Under the pieces are notes generated by a model. The model was not told where the DNA came from and searched no databases. It saw only the letters and a program-made list of their open reading frames with translations. From positions 17,569-81,568 of the forward strand of contig CACETY010000003.1 in assembly GCA_902562645.1 (NCBI GenBank): DNA of 64,000 nucleotides. The letters run 5' to 3'. This document shows, in pieces, positions 30,265-40,819 of the stretch; position 1 is the first letter of the stretch, and every line of letters starts with the position of its first letter. This DNA comes from an uncultured Pelagibacteraceae bacterium. GTDB taxonomy: Bacteria > Pseudomonadota > Alphaproteobacteria > Pelagibacterales > Pelagibacteraceae. A program made the position numbers and the translations under genes.

Positions 30265-31193
30265 TTTTTTGATGCTCTTAAAATTCTATCATTAATAGCT
30301 TCACCAATATTCTTATTCGGTATTTTTTCAATAGCAATTTTCTTGTACCCCTTTTTTTTTACTGTTCTTAACACGCTGTATAAATTTTTTGCAGCCTCTT
30401 TTAAATTACCTGTCTTACTTATATAAAAATAATTTTTGTCTAATTTTTTTCTTTTTTTTATTAATATATATGCTTCATTTTGATAATTTTTTTTGGCATT
30501 TAGTCTCACAGGTATCCCAGGTGAATAATGTAATTTGCTAGTACCAGGAACTTTTATTTTAATCTTTTTTTTACTCTTGTTTTCTAACGGAGAAATTAAT
30601 TTATAGATCATTTTACTATTTATTCCTCCTAATCTTAAAATATGAGGTTTTCCAATAAGATTCACAATTGTTGATTCTAAACCTATTTTTGAGGAACCAC
30701 CGTCTAAGACAAGCTTTAATTTAGGACCAAATTCATCAATCACATCCTGTTTTGAAACAGGACTTATACTTGTTGAAATGTTTGCGCTAGGTGCTGCAAG
30801 CGGATAATTAATTTTTTTTAATAGTTTCCTAGTTAAAGGATGACTTGGAAATCTCACAGCTATTGAATTTGAATTATTTGTAATAATTTTTGAAATTCTA
30901 CTTGTCTTTTTTAATTTTAGAACAAATGATATTGGACCTGGGCAAAATTGTTTATAAAGCTTTTTAAAAGTTTTATCAATTTCACAATCTTTTATTAAAT
31001 CTTTAAGATTATAATAATGAGTAATTAAAGGATTGTTACTTGGTCGTTTTTTTAATTTATATACTTTAGTAACTGCTTTATCCGAATACGCATTGCCTGC
31101 AAGCCCATAGACTGTCTCAGTTGGGATCGCTATACATTCATTATTATTTAAGTATTTTATTGCTTTTTTAATATTTGAATCATTCTTTTTCAT
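30261..31193 (-). CDS. tsaC: L-threonylcarbamoyladenylate synthase (Sua5/TsaC)
   Basis: PTETVYGL, KKRP, AAPSAN, HYSP linker, Sua5 C-terminal domain. Confidence 0.94.
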   Translation of the reverse strand: MKKNDSNIKKAIKYLNNNECIAIPTETVYGLAGNAYSDKAVTKVYKLKKRPSNNPLITHYYNLKDLIKDCEIDKTFKKLYKQFCPGPISFVLKLKKTSRISKIITNNSNSIAVRFPSHPLTRKLLKKINYPLAAPSANISTSISPVSKQDVIDEFGPKLKLVLDGGSSKIGLESTIVNLIGKPHILRLGGINSKMIYKLISPLENKSKKKIKIKVPGTSKLHYSPGIPVRLNAKKNYQNEAYILIKKRKKLDKNYFYISKTGNLKEAAKNLYSVLRTVKKKGYKKIAIEKIPNKNIGEAINDRILRASKK

Positions 31194-31213
31194 ATAATAT
31201 TACCAACTAATAT

Positions 31214-31468
31214 ATGAATGAAAAAAATTTGCCAGATGATATTGGGTCAATGTCTTTAAATGACCTTACTGATTTAGCTAATAAAATTATTAAAAATTTA
31301 GAAAATGAAAATAATCTAAATAATACATCTGAAGACTATGCAAATTTATTAAAAATTAATAGATTAATAGAAAAAAAATTTCAAAAAAATTTGAAGGAAA
31401 TATCAGATAAAACAAATTTAAAAATTAAAAATATAAAATCAAATAAAAATGCGAAAAAATTTAAATAA
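31214..31468 (+). CDS. Degenerate exonuclease VII small subunit-like protein
   Basis: Size, helical pattern (SLNDL...IIKNLE...Y) and position directly before ispA-dxs match xseB; signature residues are eroded. Confidence 0.5.
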   Translation: MNEKNLPDDIGSMSLNDLTDLANKIIKNLENENNLNNTSEDYANLLKINRLIEKKFQKNLKEISDKTNLKIKNIKSNKNAKKFK

Positions 31469-32318
31469 AATAATTAATAAGACTAACAACTATCTTTATA
31501 AATATTTTTCCAAGCAAAAAAAAACTGAGCTTATAAAACCTATGCTTTATGGACTTTTACCCGGAGGTAAGAAAGTAAGATCAAAAATACTCTTTGATAT
31601 CGGCTCTATATTCAAAGTAGATAAAAAAGATATCTTGCAAGTTGCAGCAGCAGTTGAATGTATACATGCCTATTCATTGATACACGATGATTTACCATGC
31701 ATGGATAATGATAACTTAAGAAGAGGAAAATTAACAACACACAAAAAATTTAGCGAGTCCACAGCAATTCTTGCTGGGAATTCTTTACTTACTATTGCAT
31801 TTCAAATTCTAAGCGAAAAAAAATTAAATTTAGACGAAAATAAAAAAATAGAATTAATAAACCTTCTCTCAGAAAGCTCAGGACATACAGGAATTGCTGG
31901 AGGGCAATTTTTAGACTTAAGTTATGAGAAAATTAAAAAAACTAAAAAACAAATTATAGATATGCAAATTAAAAAGACTGGAAAGCTTTTCAGTTTTTGT
32001 TGTGTTGCTCCCATTATAATGTCAGGTAAAACAAAATATCGAAATATGTTTAATAAGATAGGTAACGAAATTGGATTATTATTTCAAATTGCTGACGACT
32101 TGATAGATTTAAGAGGTAAAACGTCTAATGTGGGAAAAAAAACCAAAAAAGATTTAAAAATGGGAAAAGCTACTTTAATAAGTTTACTAGGCACTAATAA
32201 TACTATTAAATATGCAGATAACTTAAAATTAAAAATATTTAAAAGTCTAAAAATTTTTGGAAAAAAAGGTAAAGATTTTAAAGAAACAATAAATTATATT
32301 TTAGATCGAACAAAGTGA
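31449..32318 (+). CDS. ispA: Farnesyl diphosphate synthase
   Basis: [32 protein letters not shown]. Confidence 0.93.
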   Translation: MRKNLNKIINKTNNYLYKYFSKQKKTELIKPMLYGLLPGGKKVRSKILFDIGSIFKVDKKDILQVAAAVECIHAYSLIHDDLPCMDNDNLRRGKLTTHKKFSESTAILAGNSLLTIAFQILSEKKLNLDENKKIELINLLSESSGHTGIAGGQFLDLSYEKIKKTKKQIIDMQIKKTGKLFSFCCVAPIIMSGKTKYRNMFNKIGNEIGLLFQIADDLIDLRGKTSNVGKKTKKDLKMGKATLISLLGTNNTIKYADNLKLKIFKSLKIFGKKGKDFKETINYILDRTK

Positions 32319-34228
32319 GCAATAATTATAAATTTCTAAATAATATTAATTTTCCGGATGATGTGAGAAAACTCTCTCAATCTGATATTAAAATTTTAGC
32401 AGAAGAAGTTCGACAAGAATTAATTGAAGCTGTTTCTGAAACTGGAGGACATTTAGGTGCTGGTCTAGGAGTTGTAGAATTAACCGTTGTCTTACACTAC
32501 ATATTTAATACTCCACATGATAAATTAATTTGGGATGTTGGACATCAGACTTATCCACATAAAATATTGACTGGAAGAAAGAATAGAATAAGAACTCTTA
32601 GAAAAGGCGAGGGATTGTCTGGTTTTACAAAAAGATCAGAAAGCGAGTATGATCCATTTGGTGCTGCTCATAGCTCAACTTCTATTTCATCTGCATTAGG
32701 AATAGCAGTAGCTAATAAGTTATCAAATAAATCAGGAAATGTTATTGCAGTCATAGGTGATGGAGCGATAAGTGCTGGTATGGCTTATGAGGCGATGAAT
32801 AATGCAGGTGAAAACAAAACAAAGATGATTGTTGTTTTAAATGATAACGACATGTCAATTGCCAAACCTGTCGGTGCTATGAGAAGATATCTTGCAAAAA
32901 TTTTATCTGGTAAAATTTATTTTAGTTTCAGAGAGACATTTAAATTAATTATATCTGCTTTTTCAAAAAGATTTAAAAATCAAGCGGGAAAGGCAGAAGA
33001 TTTTTTAAGATCTGCAGTCACTGGTGGAACATTATTCAACTCCATGGGATTTTACTATATTGGACCAATAGATGGTCATGACATTGATACAATGGTTTCA
33101 GTATTTAATAATGCAAAAGATATTAATTATGATGGACCAATTTTAATCCATGTTAAAACTGAAAAAGGAAAAGGTTATTCGTTTGCTGAAAAATCAGAGG
33201 ATAAATTTCATGGTGTTTCAAAATTTAATGTAAAAACAGGAGAACAAGAAAAGTCCAAATCTAATACTCCTTCTTATACAAAAGTATTCGCTAATACATT
33301 AATCAAACATGCAGAAAAAGATAGCAAGGTCATTGGCATAACCGCTGCTATGCCATCAGGAACAGGAATGGATTTATTTGGAAAAAAATTTCCAGAAAGA
33401 ATGTTTGATGTTGGGATAGCAGAGCAACATGCTGTGACTTTCGCTGCGGGTATGGCTACCGAGGGATATAAACCTTACGCTGCAATATACTCAACATTTC
33501 TTCAAAGAGCTTACGATCAGGTCGTTCACGATGTTGCCATACAATCTTTGCCTGTTAGATTTGCAATTGACAGAGCGGGGTTAGTTGGTGCTGATGGCCC
33601 AACACATGCTGGATCTTTTGATATAACATACCTTTCAACACTGCCAAATTTTGTGGTAATGGCTGCAAGTGATGAAGCCGAGCTTGTAAGGATGATAAAT
33701 ACATCAATGGATATAAATGATAGACCATCAGCTTTTAGATATCCAAGGGGCAATGGTGTGGGAGTTCAATTACCTGAAATAACTGAGAAAATTGAATTGG
33801 GTAAAGCAAAAATAATTAAAGAAGGAAAAAAAGTTGCAGTCTTAAATTTTGGAGCAAGATTACAGGAGTGTATTTTAGCTTCCGAAAATTTAACAAAAAA
33901 AGGAATTGATATCTCTATTATTGATGCAAGATTTGTAAAACCGTTGGATGAAAACCTAATATGGCAAATTGCTACAGAACATGAAGTTTTGATTACAATA
34001 GAAGAGGGTTCAATTGGGGGATTTGGATCTCATGTGAGTCAATTTTTAAGTGAAAAAAATTTATTAGACAATAATCTAAAATTTAGATCAATGATATTAC
34101 CTGATAGATTTATTGATCATGATAAACCAGAACTAATGTATAAGTTTGCTAATTTAGACTCTGTTGGGATTGAAAATAAAATCTTAGATACTTTAAATTC
34201 AAAAGTTTTAATAAAAAAATCTAATTAA
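32315..34228 (+). CDS. dxs: 1-deoxy-D-xylulose-5-phosphate synthase
   Basis: [28 protein letters not shown]. Confidence 0.98.
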   Translation: MSNNYKFLNNINFPDDVRKLSQSDIKILAEEVRQELIEAVSETGGHLGAGLGVVELTVVLHYIFNTPHDKLIWDVGHQTYPHKILTGRKNRIRTLRKGEGLSGFTKRSESEYDPFGAAHSSTSISSALGIAVANKLSNKSGNVIAVIGDGAISAGMAYEAMNNAGENKTKMIVVLNDNDMSIAKPVGAMRRYLAKILSGKIYFSFRETFKLIISAFSKRFKNQAGKAEDFLRSAVTGGTLFNSMGFYYIGPIDGHDIDTMVSVFNNAKDINYDGPILIHVKTEKGKGYSFAEKSEDKFHGVSKFNVKTGEQEKSKSNTPSYTKVFANTLIKHAEKDSKVIGITAAMPSGTGMDLFGKKFPERMFDVGIAEQHAVTFAAGMATEGYKPYAAIYSTFLQRAYDQVVHDVAIQSLPVRFAIDRAGLVGADGPTHAGSFDITYLSTLPNFVVMAASDEAELVRMINTSMDINDRPSAFRYPRGNGVGVQLPEITEKIELGKAKIIKEGKKVAVLNFGARLQECILASENLTKKGIDISIIDARFVKPLDENLIWQIATEHEVLITIEEGSIGGFGSHVSQFLSEKNLLDNNLKFRSMILPDRFIDHDKPELMYKFANLDSVGIENKILDTLNSKVLIKKSN

Positions 34229-35310
34229 ATTTTATTTTGTGCTGAATTCATTAAATAGTGATCAAGAATTACGCAATGCATCATTGCCTCTCCTATTGGA
34301 ACAGCTCTAATCCCAACACATGGGTCGTGTCTTCCTTTTACAGAAATTGTCGTATTCTTCCCAAATCTATCGATTGTTTTCCTTGACGACAAAATAGATG
34401 ATGTTGGTTTTACTGCAAATGAAACATTTATTTCTTGTCCAGTAGATATTCCTCCAAGAATTCCCCCCGCATTGTTTGATTTAAAAGAAGTTTTACCTTT
34501 TTTTTTCAAAATTTCATCAGAGTTTTCCTCACCAGTTAACATTGCAGAGTTCATTCCCGATCCAATATTTACACCCTTTACAGCATTAATGCTCATCATT
34601 GCTGCCGCAAGATCCATATCTAATTTTGAGTATATTGGTGCTCCAAGCCCCAAAGGAACTCCTCTTGCTCTAACCTCAATAATTGCTCCACAAGACGATC
34701 CAGCTTTTCTTATTCCAAGTAAATATTTTTCCCAAAGTTTAATCACAGTTTTATCAGGACAAAAAAATGGGTTACTAGAAATTGTTTTATCTTTCCATTT
34801 CTTTAAGTCGCATCCTAATATTCCTAATTGTGTAACAGCACCAACGGCTTGATACTTCTTACCAATTTTATTTTTCAAAACAACTTTTGCAATAGCACCC
34901 GCCGCAACTCTAGCAGCAGTCTCACGGGCAGATTGTCTTCCACCACCTCTGTAATCCCGGATTCCATATTTTTTAAAATAAGTATAATCTGCATGTCCTG
35001 GCCTAAATTTATTCTTTATTGTCTCGTAATCCCTTGATCTCATATCTTTATTGTAAATAATAAGAGAAATTGGAGTTCCAGTTGTTCTACCCTCAAAAAC
35101 CCCAGATAAAATATTAATTTTATCATCTTCTTTTCTCTGAGTTGTAAATTTAGATTGTCCTGGTTTTCTTTTATTAAGTTCTTTTTGTATATCACTGTCT
35201 TTTATCGGGATATTTGGAGGGCAACCGTCAACAACACATCCAATAGCTGGACCATGTGACTCCCCCCAGGTCGTAAATCGAAATAACTTTCCAAAAGTAT
35301 TAAATGACAT
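34225..35310 (-). CDS. aroC: Chorismate synthase
   Basis: [31 protein letters not shown]. Confidence 0.98.
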   Translation of the reverse strand: MSFNTFGKLFRFTTWGESHGPAIGCVVDGCPPNIPIKDSDIQKELNKRKPGQSKFTTQRKEDDKINILSGVFEGRTTGTPISLIIYNKDMRSRDYETIKNKFRPGHADYTYFKKYGIRDYRGGGRQSARETAARVAAGAIAKVVLKNKIGKKYQAVGAVTQLGILGCDLKKWKDKTISSNPFFCPDKTVIKLWEKYLLGIRKAGSSCGAIIEVRARGVPLGLGAPIYSKLDMDLAAAMMSINAVKGVNIGSGMNSAMLTGEENSDEILKKKGKTSFKSNNAGGILGGISTGQEINVSFAVKPTSSILSSRKTIDRFGKNTTISVKGRHDPCVGIRAVPIGEAMMHCVILDHYLMNSAQNKI

Positions 35311-35342
35311 TATTTTAATATATAAATTATTTTTTTAAATTT

Positions 35343-35963
35343 ATGAACGAAAAAAACTCACTTGGACTAAATCTTTGCTTTAAAGATCATAATAACCCAA
35401 TAAAACTTTTTGAAGAATGGTTTAATAAGGCAAAAAAAACTGAAATTAATGATCCAAACGCATTTGCAGTTGGAACTGTAAACAAAAATGGGTTTCCAAC
35501 AGTTAGAATGGTGCTTCTTAAAGATTTTAATAAAAATGGATTTGTTTTCTATACAAATCTTAATAGTGATAAAAGTAAGGCTATCAAAAATTCCTCAAAA
35601 ATTTCTATGTGCTTCCATTGGAAAAGTTTAAAAAGACAAATTAGAATAATTGGTATTGCTACCAAGGTAACAAAAAAAGAAGCTGATGCTTATTATAATT
35701 CAAGAGCCTATGGAAGCAGAATTGGTGCTTGGGCCTCAAAGCAAAGTTCTATTTTAAAAAAAAGACAGGATTTATATAAGTCCATTGAGGAATTTAAGAA
35801 AAAATTCCCTAACAAAAATAAGATACCACGACCTGAATATTGGTCTGGCTGGAGAATAAAACCTAAAGAAATTGAATTTTGGTTAGATGGACAGAATCGA
35901 ATTCATGAAAGATTAAAATACATTAAAAAAAAAAACTGGAAAAAAGTATTATTAAGTCCCTAA
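35343..35963 (+). CDS. pdxH: Pyridoxamine 5'-phosphate oxidase
   Basis: RMVLLK, FYTN, GAWASKQS, EFWLDGQNRIHER. Confidence 0.96.
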   Translation: MNEKNSLGLNLCFKDHNNPIKLFEEWFNKAKKTEINDPNAFAVGTVNKNGFPTVRMVLLKDFNKNGFVFYTNLNSDKSKAIKNSSKISMCFHWKSLKRQIRIIGIATKVTKKEADAYYNSRAYGSRIGAWASKQSSILKKRQDLYKSIEEFKKKFPNKNKIPRPEYWSGWRIKPKEIEFWLDGQNRIHERLKYIKKKNWKKVLLSP

Positions 35964-36973
35964 AAATTTCTTTCAATACTAAAAGATGTTAGGTTTTTTA
36001 ATATATTTTTTTCATCAGACTCTTCAAATACACTCAAAGAATTAGAGGCTAAATTTATATAATGTTCTGCTTTTCTATAGCACTCATTAATAATGTTATT
36101 TTTTTTTATTAGATCTAACACATATTCCAAGTTTTGCTTTTCACGAATGTCTTTTTCAAAAAAAGATTTTAATTTTTCTTTTTCAAACCTATCAACTTTT
36201 TGATAAAGTAAAATTATTGGCAAAGTCACTTTACCCTCGTAAAAGTCATTACCAATATTTTTTCCAAATAATTTTAATTCAGAATTGTAGTCTAATGTGT
36301 CATCTGCTATTTGAAATGTAAGGCCTAAGTTTTTTCCGTAAAATTCTAATGCATTTTTATATTTTAAATCTTTTTCAGCAATTATTGCTCCAACTTTAGT
36401 TGCTGCTGCAAACAAAGATGCAGTTTTTGATGAAATAATATTTAGATATGTTTCTTCTAAAATATCTATTTCTTTATTGTGTTGTAATTGCAGAACTTCA
36501 CCTTGTGCAATTTCAGATGATGTGGTTGCTAAAAGTTTTAGTAGTTCTAAATTCCCGTCCTCTACCATCATTTCAAAACATTTACTAAGTAAATAATCAC
36601 CTACCAAAATAGACGAATGATTACCCCAGACTGTGTTCAGTGTTTTTTTTCCTCTTCTAATATCAGCACTATCTATTACATCGTCATGCATCAAGGTTGC
36701 TGCATGTATAAGTTCTACACATGCTGCAAGATTTACATCTCTTAATCCTTTTTGATATTCACATATTTTGGCACTTTGTAAGGTCAAGAGTGCTCTTAGT
36801 CTTTTACCACCAGTTTTTAAATGATACTTGGTCATCTTTTGAACCAAGTCAACCTTACTTGCTAGTCTGGAATTAATTTTTTCTTCAACTAGAATCAGTT
36901 TATCATCAACAGAATTTTTTAAATCCTCATATGAATTATTAATTTGTTTTTTTAGCTGTATAACAGTTCCCAT
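35960..36973 (-). CDS. ispB: Long-chain (octa/decaprenyl) diphosphate synthase
   Basis: GGKRLR, LMHDDVID, FQIADDTLD, GNDFYEGKVTLP. Confidence 0.92.
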   Translation of the reverse strand: MGTVIQLKKQINNSYEDLKNSVDDKLILVEEKINSRLASKVDLVQKMTKYHLKTGGKRLRALLTLQSAKICEYQKGLRDVNLAACVELIHAATLMHDDVIDSADIRRGKKTLNTVWGNHSSILVGDYLLSKCFEMMVEDGNLELLKLLATTSSEIAQGEVLQLQHNKEIDILEETYLNIISSKTASLFAAATKVGAIIAEKDLKYKNALEFYGKNLGLTFQIADDTLDYNSELKLFGKNIGNDFYEGKVTLPIILLYQKVDRFEKEKLKSFFEKDIREKQNLEYVLDLIKKNNIINECYRKAEHYINLASNSLSVFEESDEKNILKNLTSFSIERNF

Positions 36974-37083
36974 ATTTTAAAACTATTATATCCAATTTAT
37001 TAATATACTTATCAATTGACGCACCTTATTCTTTAATTATAACTAGGGTTTATAATATATTAAAAAAATTTATAACAATTCTA

Positions 37084-37893
37084 ATGTTCTCAATTTTTAA
37101 AAAAAAAAAGATAATAAGTCACCTTAGATTATCAGGAGTTATAGGAAATGTTGGAAGGTTCAGACAAGGAATAGAATATTCAAGTGAGGAAGAAATAATA
37201 AAAAAGGCTTTTTCAGTAAAGAAAGCCTTAGCCGTTGCAATCACAGTTAATTCGCCGGGTGGATCTCCAGTACAGTCACATTTGATTTACAAACTAATAA
37301 AAGAGCAATCTAAGAAAACAAAAAAAAAAGTCATTGTTTTTGCTGAAGATGTAGCGGCTTCTGGTGGATATCTTATTTCATGCGCAGGGGACGAAATTTA
37401 TGCTAACTCAAGTTCAATCATAGGATCTATCGGAGTTATTTCTGCATCATTTGGTTTTAAAAATTTAATTGAAAAAATTGGGATTGAAAGAAGAGTTTAC
37501 ACTGCAGGAAAAAATAAAAGCACTTTAGATCCTTTTTTGGATGAAAAAGAAGAAGATATTAATCGTTTGAAAAATATTCAATTAGAAATACATCAAGATT
37601 TTATAGATGTTGTTGAGGAAAGTAGAAAAGAAAAACTAAACAAAAACTCTGGTATTGAACTTTTCTCTGGGGAATTTTGGGCAGGAAAAAAAGCAAAAGA
37701 ATTAGGACTAATCGATGGATTAGGAAATGCAGAGCAAATATTAAGAGAGAAGTATGGTGAAGAAGTAGAAATCAAGAAATTTGGAAAAAGTAAAGGATGG
37801 TTATCGAAAAAGCTATCATCTTCTGAAAATTATACTGATAAAGTAATTAGTTTATTAGAAGAAAGATCAATCTGGCAGAGGTATGGTCTCTAA
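37084..37893 (+). CDS. S49 family peptidase (SppA/SohB-like)
   Basis: [24 protein letters not shown]. Confidence 0.93.
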   Translation: MFSIFKKKKIISHLRLSGVIGNVGRFRQGIEYSSEEEIIKKAFSVKKALAVAITVNSPGGSPVQSHLIYKLIKEQSKKTKKKVIVFAEDVAASGGYLISCAGDEIYANSSSIIGSIGVISASFGFKNLIEKIGIERRVYTAGKNKSTLDPFLDEKEEDINRLKNIQLEIHQDFIDVVEESRKEKLNKNSGIELFSGEFWAGKKAKELGLIDGLGNAEQILREKYGEEVEIKKFGKSKGWLSKKLSSSENYTDKVISLLEERSIWQRYGL

Positions 37894-38755
37894 AATAAAA
37901 AAAAAAACTTTAACTTTTCAAGATACAATCTTTAACTTACAAAAGTTCTGGTCTAAAAAAGGTTGTGTAATATTACAACCGTACGATCTAGAAGTAGGTG
38001 CTGGGACATTCCATCCAGCAACCACCTTAAGATCGCTTGGCCCAAAACCATGGAAAACTGCATATGTTCAACCATCACGCAGACCCACTGATGGAAGATA
38101 TGGTGATAACCCCAATAGATTGCAACATTACTATCAATTCCAAGTTTTAATTAAACCTTCACCAAAAGAAATAAAAAAGATGTATTTAAATAGCTTGTCA
38201 TCAATAGGTATTAATCATGAGGAACATGATATAAGGTTTGTTGAAGATGACTGGGAAAGCCCTACATTAGGAGCGGCAGGTCTTGGATGGGAAGTTTGGT
38301 GTGATGGAATGGAAGTTACACAATTTACCTATTTCCAACAAATGGCTGGAGTTGAATGTAAACCTGTATCTGTTGAAATTACATATGGATTAGAGAGATT
38401 GTGCATGTTTATTCAAAACAAAAAAAGTGTTTTTGACTTAATTTGGAATGATGAAGGAATTACTTACAAAGATGTTTTTCATCAGTCAGAGAAAGAATTT
38501 TCAGCATATAATTTTGAATATGCCAATACTGATAATTTATTTAAAATATTTGAAATGCTTGAAGAAGAAACAAAATTATTAGTTGAAAAAAAGATTTCTC
38601 TTCCAGCTTATGATCAATGTTTAAAATGTAGTCATGTCTTCAATATTTTAGATGCAAGAGGGGTGATTAGTGTAGCACAAAGGGCTGAATATATTGCAAG
38701 AATAAGGGAACTAACTAAATCAATTGGGAAAGTTTGGATTGAAAGCCAAAGTTAA
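37883..38755 (+). CDS. glyQ: Glycine--tRNA ligase alpha subunit
   Basis: [40 protein letters not shown]. Confidence 0.98.
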   Translation: MVSKIKKKTLTFQDTIFNLQKFWSKKGCVILQPYDLEVGAGTFHPATTLRSLGPKPWKTAYVQPSRRPTDGRYGDNPNRLQHYYQFQVLIKPSPKEIKKMYLNSLSSIGINHEEHDIRFVEDDWESPTLGAAGLGWEVWCDGMEVTQFTYFQQMAGVECKPVSVEITYGLERLCMFIQNKKSVFDLIWNDEGITYKDVFHQSEKEFSAYNFEYANTDNLFKIFEMLEEETKLLVEKKISLPAYDQCLKCSHVFNILDARGVISVAQRAEYIARIRELTKSIGKVWIESQS

Positions 38756-40818
38756 TGTCAGAATTATTTGTAGAGCTATTTAGTGAGGAAATTCCTGCAA
38801 GGCTTCAAATAAACGCAAGGAATGAATTAACAAAAAATATTAAAAATTTTTTTAATGATAACCAAATCAAATTCAATGAAAATTTCAATGTTTATTCAAC
38901 ACCAAATAGATTAGTTCTACATGTTGATAAAATCCCTAATGAAATCAAATTAAGCTCAGAGGAAATTAAAGGCCCAAATGTTAATGCTCCTGAAAAAGCA
39001 TTAGAGGGATTTATTAGATCAAATAATACAACATTAGAAAAAATCTTTAAAAAAAATACTGAGAAAGGTGAATTTTATTTTTTTAATAAAGATTCCAGAA
39101 AAATAAAAGTTTCAGATTTACTAGAAAAAAATTTAAGCGAAATCTTAAAAAAGATTACTTGGAATAAATCAATGAAATGGGCAAATTATGATCTTTATTG
39201 GGGAAGACCTCTAAAATCTATTTTAGCAATATTTAATAAAAAACCCCTAAATTTTGATTTTAACCACATAAATAGCTCCAACAAAACTTTTATAGATAAA
39301 TCACTAGAAGAAGGTATGAAAACTTTTAATGACTTTCATTCGTATTTAAAATTTTTTAAACAAAAAGGTATTTTAATTGATCAAGATTTAAGAAAAAAAA
39401 TAATACAGAATAAGATTAATGAAATAATTAATAAAAAAAATTTAAAAATTGAACAGAATGATAGACTTATAGATGAAATAGTAAATATAGTTGAAAAGCC
39501 AGCGGTAATTGTTTGTGATTTTGACAAAAAATTTTTAAATATACCAAGTGAAATATTGATTACGACTATGCAGAGTCATCAAAAATATTTACCAACTTTT
39601 GATAAAAAAAATAATCTTACAAATAATTTTTTTGTAGTTTCAGATATAAAAGACACTAAAGGATTTGTTAAATTAGGAAATGAGAGGGTGATTGAAGCAA
39701 GATTAAGCGATGCAGAGTTTTTTTGGGAAAAAAATAAAACCCAAAATTTAGTTAAACAAGTAGATAAATTAAAAAATATAAATTATTTTAAAGGTTTAGG
39801 GTCTTACTTTGACAAAATTCAGCGCATGAGAAAGTTGTCATCATTAATTTCTGATGATTTTTTAATTAGTAAAGATAAAATTGAAATAGCTTCATCAATT
39901 TGCAAAGTTGATTTAATGTCTGATCTTGTTGGAGAGTTTCCAGAACTCCAAGGCATTGTTGGAGGTCATTTTGCAAGGTTTCAAGGGTTTGACAAAGAAG
40001 TTTGTCTTGCTGTATCTGAACAATATTTGCCTAACGGGATGGAAAGCAAATTACCAAAAAAAATGTACAGTGTTGCTTTGTCTTTAAGTGATAAACTAGA
40101 CTCATTAGTTGGTTTTTTTGGAATTAATCTGAAACCTACTAGTTCAAAAGACCCATATGCCATAAGAAGAATGGCTATAAGTCTTGTCAGATTAATTGTT
40201 GAAAATGAAATAAAAATAAAACTAAAAGATTTAATTGTTTACACCTGTTCAGTATATAGAGATCAGGGCTATGAATTTGATATTAAGAAGATACAAAATG
40301 AATTAAGTGATTTTATAATTGAAAGATTAAAAAATTATTTAAAAGAAAAAAAAATAAGACAAGATATAATTGAGAGCTCAACATTTTTGCTTGGACTAGA
40401 TGATATATTAAAGGCTTATAAAAAATCTTTATGTTTAAATAAAAATATTAAAAAAGAAATCGGTTTTGAAACTATTGCAGCATACAAAAGATCTTCAAAT
40501 ATACTAAATACTGAAGAAAAAATGTCTACCGAATCCCTTGGTTTTGCAGATCCAGGTTTATTTAAAAATGATTATGAGAAAAAATTATATAAAAAAATAA
40601 ATGATATAAGAAAATATTTTTTGAGTATTGGAAAAGACGAAAATTACGAGGAGAGTTTAAAAATTTTATCAAGTATTAAGAACGAGGTAAACGATTTTTT
40701 TGATAATGTTATTGTTAATGATGAAGATGTAATAATTAAAAAAAATAGATTAGAATTATTAAATATGTTGTGTAAAACTTTTGATAACTATTTTAATTTT
40801 TCAAAAATAGAAGCCTAG
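38755..40818 (+). CDS. glyS: Glycine--tRNA ligase beta subunit
   Basis: ELFSEEIPA, HQKY, GEFPELQG, SKDPYAIRR. Confidence 0.97.
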   Translation: MSELFVELFSEEIPARLQINARNELTKNIKNFFNDNQIKFNENFNVYSTPNRLVLHVDKIPNEIKLSSEEIKGPNVNAPEKALEGFIRSNNTTLEKIFKKNTEKGEFYFFNKDSRKIKVSDLLEKNLSEILKKITWNKSMKWANYDLYWGRPLKSILAIFNKKPLNFDFNHINSSNKTFIDKSLEEGMKTFNDFHSYLKFFKQKGILIDQDLRKKIIQNKINEIINKKNLKIEQNDRLIDEIVNIVEKPAVIVCDFDKKFLNIPSEILITTMQSHQKYLPTFDKKNNLTNNFFVVSDIKDTKGFVKLGNERVIEARLSDAEFFWEKNKTQNLVKQVDKLKNINYFKGLGSYFDKIQRMRKLSSLISDDFLISKDKIEIASSICKVDLMSDLVGEFPELQGIVGGHFARFQGFDKEVCLAVSEQYLPNGMESKLPKKMYSVALSLSDKLDSLVGFFGINLKPTSSKDPYAIRRMAISLVRLIVENEIKIKLKDLIVYTCSVYRDQGYEFDIKKIQNELSDFIIERLKNYLKEKKIRQDIIESSTFLLGLDDILKAYKKSLCLNKNIKKEIGFETIAAYKRSSNILNTEEKMSTESLGFADPGLFKNDYEKKLYKKINDIRKYFLSIGKDENYEESLKILSSIKNEVNDFFDNVIVNDEDVIIKKNRLELLNMLCKTFDNYFNFSKIEA

Positions 40819-40819
40819 T

